Shown here one piece after another: positions 8,381-16,200 of a stretch of 26,250 bases of DNA. Position numbers and translations under genes: made by a program. The stretch spans positions 1 through 26,250 of IMG/VR virus record IMGVR_UViG_3300037423_002154; one strand, written 5' to 3'. The notes under the pieces are model-generated. The model was not told the origin of the DNA. It worked only from the letters and a program-made list of their open reading frames with translations, and made no database searches. Numbering within the stretch: the first letter of the stretch is position 1; the number at the start of each line of letters is the position of its first letter. The DNA comes from a virus. Taxonomy: Duplodnaviria; Caudoviricetes.

Positions 8381-9088
8381 TTAATCGAGGCGACTTGCGA
8401 TTGCCTCGCGCAGCGTCTCGTCCGGAAAGTGCTCGATCGCCGCCTCGATGCGCAGGGCGTCGAATTCATAGAGCGCGCTCGCGAGCGCAAAGCGGGGATG
8501 CGCCCGTGCTTTGACCTGCGAGACGATCCACTGCTCGTACTCCTGCTGGTCGGGCGCTGCGACCCAGTTGGCCACCTGGTAGCGCGGATGCTGGGCGTAC
8601 TGGATCTTGGCTTTGCACTCGCGGTGCCAGGCGTTGCAGATGTCCTGGACCATCTCGTCCTCGCGCAGCAGCTGTGCCGGCCGGGGCGGGTGCGGGGAGC
8701 CCTTGCCCCAACCGCGCTCGATGAGCCAGGCCATCGCCGCGCGCAGGAAGAACTCGTAGCGCACGCCAAGCTCGTCGATTCGCTGGCGCAGCCGCCAGAA
8801 GCTCTTCACTTCGCGGGCGGTCATGAAGTCCTTGCCCTTGATCACCTGCGTGAACCGGCGCTTGACGTCCAGGGTCTGGCCGATGAAGTCACCGTAGGCG
8901 CGGTTGTAGTGGTGCACCATGAGGTAGGTCGCCTGGGCGGGGTGCAGGGGCCGGTAGTCGAACCACTTGCGCCGCATCAGGGCCGGCTCGCACGCGAGCA
9001 GCCTGGCGTCGATGCGCTGGATCGTGAGGATCTCAAGCGAGTCGGCGTCCAGCTCGGAGCCGTAGTAGCTTGGGGCCGCGATGGTCAT
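8381..9088 (-). CDS. Conserved phage protein upstream of the helicase (candidate replication initiator/loader)
   Basis: GAGGA RBS; globular, aromatic-rich protein (KWFDYRPLHP, FWRLRQRID). Function inferred from position only. Confidence 0.7.
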   Translation of the reverse strand: MTIAAPSYYGSELDADSLEILTIQRIDARLLACEPALMRRKWFDYRPLHPAQATYLMVHHYNRAYGDFIGQTLDVKRRFTQVIKGKDFMTAREVKSFWRLRQRIDELGVRYEFFLRAAMAWLIERGWGKGSPHPPRPAQLLREDEMVQDICNAWHRECKAKIQYAQHPRYQVANWVAAPDQQEYEQWIVSQVKARAHPRFALASALYEFDALRIEAAIEHFPDETLREAIASRLD

Positions 9089-9344
9089 TGGTTGGGGATG
9101 TCCTCTGCGCCCATAAACATCTTATGAGCTTGTGTTTTGAGTGTAGTAATACCTTTATGAAGCGAGGTGGCGGCCCCAAGCTGCAGCCCCAAGCTCCACT
9201 ATTGCCCCAAGCTGGTTGAAATCAGGTCGCGGCCCCAAGAGCTTCACGCGTCGTACGCGTCCACCACGTCCTGCACGAAGCCCGAGCGGACGATGTCCTC
9301 GGCTTCGAACTCGATGTGCTCGACCCGACGCACACGCCCCAAGC
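9067..9344. repeat. GCCCCAAGCT iteron-like repeats flanking an AT-rich tract (candidate replication origin)
   Basis: Direct copies at 9173-9182, 9186-9195, 9204-9213; partial copies at 9232-9239 and 9336-9344; inverted copy at 9067-9076. Tract 9112-9160 has 15 G/C in 49 bp by hand count. Confidence 0.7.
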
Positions 9345-9972
9345 GCCGAATGGCATCCTCGAGCCCGCTCGGCCCGGGGATGTCCTTCTGGCGCAGGTCG
9401 CCGTTGACGATCACGGTGCAGTTCTCGCCGATGCGCGTAAGGAACATCTTCATCTGCACCGGGGTGACGTTCTGCGCCTCGTCCAGGATCACGAAGCAGT
9501 TCTTGAAGGTGCGCCCGCGCATGTACGCGAGCGGGGCCGGCTCGATGTCGCCGGTCTTGAGGAAGTATTCGAGGGCGCCGCGGCCCAGGACCTCGGTGAG
9601 CACGTCGCGAAAAGGCACGATGTAGGGCTCGTACTTCTCTTCCTTCTCCCCGGGCAGAAAGCCCAGGTTCTCGCCGGCTTCCACCGCGGGGCGCGTGACG
9701 ATGATCTTGCGCACCGCCTTGTCCTTCAGGGCCAGCGCCGCCAGCACGCCGCAGCAGTAGGTCTTGCCGGTGCCGGCCGGGCCGGTGGCGATGGTGAGGA
9801 TGTTGCGCTCGATGGAGTGGATGTAGCGGGCCTGGATCTCGTTCTTGGGCTCCAGGCGGGTCACGCGTGGCTCGCGCTCGATGAAGCGGGGGTCGGGTGG
9901 CTGCAGCGCGCCCTGGGGCTCTGGCTGCTCTTGCCGACCGTGGCGACGATCACGGTGCTTGTCTCGCTTCAT
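9244..9972 (-). CDS. phoH: PhoH-family ATPase
   Basis: GPAGTGKT, TRPAVE, LGFLPG, YMRGRTF, ILDEAQN, TRIGEN, GDLRQ. Likely start ATG 9972 (GAGGA RBS). Confidence 0.95.
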   Translation of the reverse strand: MKRDKHRDRRHGRQEQPEPQGALQPPDPRFIEREPRVTRLEPKNEIQARYIHSIERNILTIATGPAGTGKTYCCGVLAALALKDKAVRKIIVTRPAVEAGENLGFLPGEKEEKYEPYIVPFRDVLTEVLGRGALEYFLKTGDIEPAPLAYMRGRTFKNCFVILDEAQNVTPVQMKMFLTRIGENCTVIVNGDLRQKDIPGPSGLEDAIRRLGRVRRVEHIEFEAEDIVRSGFVQDVVDAYDA

Positions 9973-10027
9973 CTTGTCCTCTCGTCGCATGGCCACCCTT
10001 CGGTACTGCCGGGTTCTCGGATGATTC

Positions 10028-10049
10028 ACTATAACTCAGCGGTGACTTA
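10028..10049 (-). promoter_or_regulatory. Operator copy (TAACTCA-GCGG-TGACTTA) overlapping a TATAGT -10 box
   Basis: Motif at 10032-10049, -10 at 10028-10033; same register as the 8362 copy. Confidence 0.7.
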
Positions 10050-10052
10050 TCT

Positions 10053-11402
10053 TCAATAAGCAGTCGGGCTATTCATGTGCAAAGGTTTGATCACCGCAGG
10101 ATCGACCTCGTGCGGGGCACGGCAGTACATCTGCCCGCCCGCCACGGCGAAGTCGCTGACGGTGACGTAGTCGTGCAGCGTGGCGCGCGTGTGGGTGTCG
10201 ATGTGCACGATGTCAAAGCCCATGTGCCACTTCTCGCCCGAGCAGTAGCTGGCCACCCGCTTGTGCCCGCACCCCATCTGGTGCCACTCGTAGCTGCCGT
10301 AGATCGGGCTGTAGCCAGGCCACACCTGATGCTTGTGGTGATGGCCGTTTACGCCAGGCAGGCCCATGTCGCGCGCATGCGGGAAGTGGTGCACCAGGAA
10401 GGCGTCGTAGTAGACCTTGTAGTTGGCCGCGAGCTCCTTTTCGAAGTCGCGCTTGGTGAACGCCGCCAGGTCGGCCTGGGCGATGTAGTTGATGGCGAAG
10501 CGGTCCAGCCCGAGCAGCTTGGGCACCGTCATGCCGTGCAAGTCCGCGAGCACCGCGCGCAGGGCCGGCGTCTGGTCGGCCAGGTGCTTGAGAAGCCGTG
10601 CCTCGTGGTTGCCCTCGATGAAGTCGAACTGGGCATCGGGACAGGCTTCGCGCAGCGGCGCCAGGATCTGCTCGTGCACGAAACGGATCCTGGCGGTGAC
10701 GTTCCACTCACGTGGATCGACGCCGTACTTGCCGAACTCGGGCAGGTCGAAGATGTCGCCGACCAGGGCGATCACGTGCGGCTGCAGCCGGCGTGCGGTG
10801 TCGATGAACACGCGCAGCCAGAAGGGGTCGCACTCCTCGTCGTGCAGGTCGCTGCAGGCCAGGATGGTCTTGAAGCGACCCTCGCGCCGGACCTCGTAGC
10901 GGTCGCCGTAATCGCGTCGGTCGATGTTGAGCTGGCGGTAGTGGTCGACCGAGGCATGCTTGGCCACCGCGCGCTCCAGGGCGTGCTGCGGGCGCGAGAG
11001 CATGATGCCGGCCTGGCGCTTGAACTCGTCGAACGTGCCGAAGAAGCGGTTCCAGGTGCTCTCGGAGATCGCGCTGTGGTTGCGAAAGTAGTTGCGCGTC
11101 ACCACCATCTCGAGGTCCTTGCGCGCCACGCGCTGCAGCTCCTCGATGCACTCCTGCGGCCCCCAGTGCTCCATGAACTTGCCCGTGTCTTCGGACATCG
11201 GGTTCTCGCTGGTGGTCGCACGCAGGATCAGACGTGGCAGGTCAGCGTTGACGGCGCACATGGCGCGGTAGCTGCCGGCCTTGTTACGCACGGTCTTGAT
11301 CGAGATGCCCAGCTCGCCAGCGACGTCCGCTGCGGTGGGGAACTGCTCCAGGTCGTTGAAGACCTCCACGAAGCGGGTGAAGTCGGTGGGGGCTTGGCTC
11401 AC
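10053..11402 (-). CDS. HTH + calcineurin-like metallophosphoesterase
   Basis: N-terminal HTH (TAADVAGELGISIKTVRNKA); helical segment ending RFFGTFDEFKRQAG; MPP motifs SDLH, GDIFD, GNHE, GHHH. Confidence 0.85.
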   Translation of the reverse strand: MSQAPTDFTRFVEVFNDLEQFPTAADVAGELGISIKTVRNKAGSYRAMCAVNADLPRLILRATTSENPMSEDTGKFMEHWGPQECIEELQRVARKDLEMVVTRNYFRNHSAISESTWNRFFGTFDEFKRQAGIMLSRPQHALERAVAKHASVDHYRQLNIDRRDYGDRYEVRREGRFKTILACSDLHDEECDPFWLRVFIDTARRLQPHVIALVGDIFDLPEFGKYGVDPREWNVTARIRFVHEQILAPLREACPDAQFDFIEGNHEARLLKHLADQTPALRAVLADLHGMTVPKLLGLDRFAINYIAQADLAAFTKRDFEKELAANYKVYYDAFLVHHFPHARDMGLPGVNGHHHKHQVWPGYSPIYGSYEWHQMGCGHKRVASYCSGEKWHMGFDIVHIDTHTRATLHDYVTVSDFAVAGGQMYCRAPHEVDPAVIKPLHMNSPTAY

Positions 11403-11410
11403 GGGATGCC

Positions 11411-11731
11411 TTACTCGCCGATCAGGCGTTGAATGAACGAAGGCATCGGGTGCTCGCCGGCGGCCTGTTCCTTGAGTTTCTCGAGCACCGCGTCCACCAG
11501 GGCGTCGTGCCGTGCGGCCAACTCGCGGTACATCCTGGTGATCTCCAGGTCGTCCACGACCAGCTCCTTCAGGCCGATCGAGCTGGCGTCGCTGTCGGCC
11601 GCACCTTCAGGGACGGGCAGCTTTGGCAGGGGCTTTGCCCGCTGCATCGCCGCGGCCGGCGGGTTCCATACCGCTGCCTTCTCGGGCATCGTTGAGCAGG
11701 CGGACAGTCCCAACATCAAGGCGAGGACCAT
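11411..11731 (-). CDS. o-spanin (Rz1-like outer-membrane lipoprotein)
   Basis: MVLALMLGLSA-C lipobox, Pro-rich segment, overlaps the 3' end of the i-spanin gene in another frame. Confidence 0.75.
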   Translation of the reverse strand: MVLALMLGLSACSTMPEKAAVWNPPAAAMQRAKPLPKLPVPEGAADSDASSIGLKELVVDDLEITRMYRELAARHDALVDAVLEKLKEQAAGEHPMPSFIQRLIGE

Positions 11732-12194
11732 CGAGCATCTGATCCACGATGGCGCGCCCTGCTTCGTCGAGCTGGGGAAGGACTTGGGTGAGCTGGTCAC
11801 GGGCTTGCTCCTGTTGACGGGTGATGCGCGCGGCGGCCTCGTTGCGGGTGCGCGCGGCCTGGGCCTCGCCCTTGGCGATTGCGGCGTCGATCGCCGCGCT
11901 TTGCTGTTGGCTCTTGAGCGCGTTCTTCGCCGACTCGTTGGCGTTCTTGCGCAGGGTGTCGATCTGGGCCTTCTTGACCTCGATCTCGTGGCGCTTGGCC
12001 TGGTGGCTCATGTAGAAGTAGCCCAGGCCCACGCCGATGGCCACAGCCACCGCCAGGAACATGACCATCTTCTTGGTGAACTCGACCGGGCCGTCGCTGG
12101 TGAAGAACGTCTTGACGGCGCCGATCGCCGCCTTGGTGTTGCTCGGCTCCGGCAGGTCGGGAGCCGGTGCCAGAGGGTGGCCGTCTTCGGCCAT
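11607..12194 (-). CDS. i-spanin (Rz-like)
   Basis: Single TM segment (MVMFLAVAVAIGVGLGYFY) followed by an Ala/Gln-rich coiled coil; downstream of the endolysin. Confidence 0.8.
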   Translation of the reverse strand: MAEDGHPLAPAPDLPEPSNTKAAIGAVKTFFTSDGPVEFTKKMVMFLAVAVAIGVGLGYFYMSHQAKRHEIEVKKAQIDTLRKNANESAKNALKSQQQSAAIDAAIAKGEAQAARTRNEAAARITRQQEQARDQLTQVLPQLDEAGRAIVDQMLDGPRLDVGTVRLLNDAREGSGMEPAGRGDAAGKAPAKAARP

Positions 12195-12289
12195 CAGAAC
12201 ACCAGCGCCAGGAACGCAAGCACCGGCATGGCCAGCACCAGGCAGAAGATGACGAGTACGGCCCAGCCGAGGAACTTGAGGAACTTCAT
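12194..12289 (-). CDS. 31-aa single-TM micro-protein in the lysis cassette
   Basis: MKFLKFLGWAVLVIFCLVLAMPVLAFLALVF*; AGGAGA RBS; TGATG overlap with the i-spanin start. Confidence 0.65.
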   Translation of the reverse strand: MKFLKFLGWAVLVIFCLVLAMPVLAFLALVF

Positions 12290-12411
12290 CGCGCGATCTC
12301 CTTGAGCAGCGGAAAGAACGTGTTCACCGGCATCAGCGCCAGCTGCGTCACGAGCTGCAGCCAGGCTTTGGTGATCTGGTGGGGAATGGCGATGCAAAGA
12401 GCGAAGCCCAT
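12286..12411 (-). CDS. 41-aa hydrophobic/amphipathic micro-protein in the lysis cassette
   Basis: MGFALCIAIPHQITKAWLQLVTQLALMPVNTFFPLLKEIAR*; AAGGAG RBS; overlaps the endolysin stop (TGATG) and the next start (ATGA). Confidence 0.55.
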   Translation of the reverse strand: MGFALCIAIPHQITKAWLQLVTQLALMPVNTFFPLLKEIAR

Positions 12412-12968
12412 CACGCGGTCTCCTTCTGGGTAGGGGTCGGAACCGGGCGCAGGCACCAGTCACGCTCGAAGAGGCGCCGGTTGTAGAGCCCGCGCACGAA
12501 CTTCTTGCCGCCATCGGTGTAGGACCACACAGGGGTGCCGTCCGGGCCGTGGGCGATGGCATCGCAGGCTTCCTCTGCCCTGCCCTGCTTCATCAGGCGC
12601 ACCGCGCGCGAGCCGCAGGCCCCGGTGGTGCCCACGTTGATGGCGAACAGGGTCAGCGCATCGAACTGGTTCTGGTTCAGGCGCGCTGCGCCCTCGGTGC
12701 CGTGGCCGGTGCAGCGGATGATGGCCATGCCGTACTTCTCGGCGTTGGCGCCATCGATGCGCGCGCATTCTTCCTTGGTGTAGAGGGTGCCCACGCGCAG
12801 GTTCCAGTCGGTGTGGCCCGAGCACACGGTGGGCAGGCCGCCGGCGAGCTTGTCGGCGTAGACGACGCTGCCGTCGCCCTCCCAGGTGTTCATGGCGGTG
12901 AGCAGACCGGCCCCGGCCAGGACCAGGCCCGAGACAACCTTGACGCCCCTGACGACGACTTCACTCAT
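12411..12968 (-). CDS. SAR-type endolysin, GH24 lysozyme
   Basis: Gly/Ala-rich N-terminal anchor (VVSGLVLAGAGLLTAM) directly followed by WEG...YADKLAGGLPTVCSGHT (E/D/T triad); NQNQFDAL, GLYNRR. Confidence 0.92.
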   Translation of the reverse strand: MSEVVVRGVKVVSGLVLAGAGLLTAMNTWEGDGSVVYADKLAGGLPTVCSGHTDWNLRVGTLYTKEECARIDGANAEKYGMAIIRCTGHGTEGAARLNQNQFDALTLFAINVGTTGACGSRAVRLMKQGRAEEACDAIAHGPDGTPVWSYTDGGKKFVRGLYNRRLFERDWCLRPVPTPTQKETA

Positions 12969-13164
12969 TGGGGTCCAGCTGCTTGCCCTGGCGTTTCTTC
13001 TGCCAGGCGTCGTAGAAGCGGTAGGCGTACCAGGCGATCGACATGAGGGCCGCGATCGAGGGCAGCCACTGGGCCAGCGTCAGAAGGATGCCGGTGAAGG
13101 CAAGGTGGTCTGCGGTGGACTTGACGGGCTCGGCCAGGTGCTGGATGTGCTGGAGGACTTTCAC
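12961..13164 (-). CDS. Holin (possibly pinholin)
   Basis: 67 aa, hydrophobic core, basic C-terminal tail (QKKRQGK), overlaps the endolysin start. Confidence 0.75.
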   Translation of the reverse strand: MKVLQHIQHLAEPVKSTADHLAFTGILLTLAQWLPSIAALMSIAWYAYRFYDAWQKKRQGKQLDPNE

Positions 13165-13226
13165 GATGCGCTTTCAAGACTTGAGGGGTGTGGGCCTCAG
13201 CGGTCTCTCGCATCGGATTGCTCTGC

Positions 13227-13270
13227 AGTGTACTCATTCTCTTCCTTGAAATCAAGTCACCGGTGACTGG
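13227..13270 (-). promoter_or_regulatory. Lysis-cassette promoter TTGATT-N17-TACACT overlapped by operator copy CAAGTCA-CCGG-TGACTGG
   Basis: -35 at 13250-13255, -10 at 13227-13232, motif at 13253-13270; same register as the 5218 copy. Confidence 0.7.
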
Positions 13271-13292
13271 TTTACGCGGTCCAGGTTTGCGC

Positions 13293-16200
13293 TTAGAACG
13301 GGCTGCCGAAGAAGAAGCCAGGCGTGACGGAGCTCTTGGTGACGTAGCCCTCGGACAGGCCGAACAGGTCCGCACCCTCCTCGCGGCAGTCCAGCGAGCC
13401 GGTGACGATCGGGCCGCCCTTGCCGGCGAAGGTGTCGGGGATGGCCTGCTCGAGCGCCTCGGACGCGCCCAGCACCAGGACACTGCCAGTGAACTGCGCG
13501 CTGTCGCGCGTGGCCTCGGTGATGGTGACGAACCCTTCGGTCCAGACGCTGCCGTCGGCGGCGAAGCTGTCGCGTTGCTCGGTGGCCGTCATGACGCCGG
13601 TCATGAAGACCTTGCCGCCGGTGGTCTCGAAGATGTCCGAATCGCTCGCTTCGGTGGCTGCGGCCGCACCCCGCACCGCCACGCGGCCGCTGATCTGGAC
13701 CGTGTCGATGCCGGCGGATTCCACCGCGCCCATGGCACCCTCGGACGGGAAGTTGCCCGTGCAGAAGAACGTGTCGGCTGCCTCGCTCGCGCTGAACGCT
13801 CCGCGAATGGGCACCACGCCGGCTGCAGCGAAGCTGTCGGAGTCGGTCTCGACCGCCTGCAGGGAGCTCAACAGCTCGCGCACCCCGAAGGCTTCGAAGC
13901 TGTCGAGGGTGGCGGCTTCTGCGGCCGCCATGGCGCCTTCGAACCACACGCTGCCCGTGCTGCCGAAGCTGTCGGAGATCGCCGCTTCGCCCGCGGACAA
14001 GCTGCCCACGGCAGGCACCCGGCCGGTGGCGGCAAAGGTGTCGGCGGCTTCGAACGCCGAGGCGGCTCCGGCGATGAAGACGATGCCCGTACAGGAGAAG
14101 CTGTCCTTTGTGCTGGCCTCGGTTGCAGCGGCCGCGCCGGCGATCGCCACCTTGCCAGGCGCAGACAGGCTGTCGCCACCGGTCTCGGCAGCCGTCATGC
14201 TGCCCTGGCTGGCCAGGACGCCGGTTGCAGCGAAGCTGTCCTGCTGGCTCTCGCTGGTCGTGAGGTTGCCCCAGACCAGGACCGTGGCGGCGCCGGTAAA
14301 CGTATCGCTTGTGCTTTCGACGATCGCGACGCTGCCGGCGCGACTGAGGGAGCCCGCGGCGCCGAACGTGTCCGCGTCTTCCGTGGGGCTCAACGTGCCA
14401 GAGACCAGGACATTGCCGGTGACGGCACTGTGGATCGGGTTTCCGTTCTGGTCGGTGACCGGGTTGCCGCTCTGGTCGAGCAAAGCGTCGTAGACGTCCG
14501 CTCCGCTCTCGAGCGCGTTCATGGCGGCCGCGGTGGCTGGCCCGCCCGAGGCGGCGAATGCGTCGGCGGTCTCGACCAGATCCGAGCTGCCGGCCACCGC
14601 GACCGCGCCGGAGATGGTTGCGGTGTCCGTTGCCGCTTCGACCAAGGCAGTCGAGCCCTGCACGGCGACGGTGCCCGGGGCGCTGATCGTGTCGGGGCTC
14701 GTCTCGGTCCCGGAAAGCACCCCAGCGACTGCCACCGCGCCCGTTGTTGCCCAGGCATCGTCCCCGGTCTCGGACACGCCCAGCGAGCCCGCAACCGCTA
14801 CGGCGGCGGTGCTCGAGAGGCTGTCGGATCCGGTCTCGGTCGGCGCCAGGCTGCCGGCGATGGCAACCGTACCCGTGGTTGCCAGGCTGTCGCTGGCGGG
14901 CTCGGTGACAACCAGCGCGCCGGCGATGGGAAGTGTGCCGGTCGAGACGAAGGCGTCCTGGCCCACGGGCTCGCTCGCCGCCATCGCGCCTTCGTACCAG
15001 GCGGTGCCCGTGGCACCGAAGGTGTCGGTGTCAGCTTCTGTTGCGCCGAGGGAGCCTGCGATGGGCGAGCCACCGCCTGCGGCAAACGTGTCGTCTCCAG
15101 CTTCGGTCGTTGCCAGGGAACCTGCGACCGCAACAGCGCCGGTGATCTGGCTGGTGTCAGCGCCGCTCTCGGCGGTTGCGAAGGCCCCCGAAACCGCAAC
15201 CGCACCCGTGGCAGCTGCCGTGTCCGAGCCCGTCTCGCTCACCGCCTGCGCGCCGGCAACCTTGACCGCGCCCGTGGCAGCCAGCGTGTCCGCCGCGCTG
15301 TCCTCGGTTGCGGCGAGCGCGCCCGTCACCTTCACGGCGCCAGTGCTGGCAAAGGTATCGGGCGTGCTGGCTTCGGTCGGGGCCAGGCTGCCCGAGACCA
15401 GTACCGTGCCGGTGCTGACGTGGGTGTCTGCGCCGCTTTCGGCAGCCGTCAGGTCTCCCGCCACGGCGCCACCGCCGACCGAGTTGGCAGCGGTGTTGAC
15501 GCCGTCGAACTTTGCAGCCCCGACGAGTGCACCGGTCGTGGTCCAGTCGTCGTTCCAGGTTTGATACCACAGCTTGGCCAGATGGAACTGCGCTGGCAGC
15601 GTGGAGTTGGTGTTTCGAGAGGTCCACGTGCCAGGGGTGCCGCTTCCGCTATCGGGGGCGGTCCACCACGTAACGGTTCCGCCCGACAACGTGATCTTCA
15701 GCCAGGGGGTGTTGTCCGTGTCCCAAGTGGACGAGATGGTGACAGACTGGGTCTGAACATTCGCTTTGTATGTGATGGCCTTCAGTACGCCAGCCGTCGA
15801 GACCTGAAAGCCTACATAGGTGGTCGTGTCGTTATTGTCGAAGATGTCATATTCGACATAGCCACCTACAGCCTTGTTAGCTGTCGTCAGTCGTTGCGTG
15901 AGCTTGACATAGGCTCCTGTAGCATCGAGGTCGAAGAATCCACCAGGCGCGCCACTGTAGAGAATCGCCCCGAAGCCGTTCGTCTGGGCCGGCGTGAGAA
16001 CGAGTTCTCCGCCAGTGAAAGTGACGGTCGATCCAGTTGGCTCGTCGGTGTACCACTTGTTTGTGTCCCGGGTGCCCTGGAAGTTCTCCGTCACGGTGCT
16101 GATCGACGGATTCAGCGGGGCAAGGACCAGGGTCGAGGCCGCCCACGAGCTGCTGGTGTTGGCCAGGTTGCCGCCGGTGGCCGCCGCCGGGTCGAACGCA

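Noticed and set aside
9167-9243. GCCCCAAGCT repeats as a CRISPR array
   Set aside because: Repeats are only 10 bp with 3-18 bp irregular gaps, and no cas genes are present.
2693-11432. Long plus-strand ORFs opposite the ligase, helicase, phoH and phosphoesterase genes
   Set aside because: The minus-strand genes carry clear family motifs; the plus-strand frames have none.
12194-12562. 122-aa ORF as listed in the track
   Set aside because: The upstream part overlaps the endolysin; only the last 31 codons have an RBS and coupling.
13164-13225. Hammerhead ribozyme or known riboswitch in the holin leader (CTGAG...GAAA)
   Set aside because: The CUGANGA core is incomplete and the stems do not fit; kept only as a generic hairpin.
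13340-15458. Diversity-generating retroelement template/variable repeats
   Set aside because: Repeats are degenerate at the protein level, no adenine-specific near-identical pair was seen, and no reverse transcriptase is in the window.
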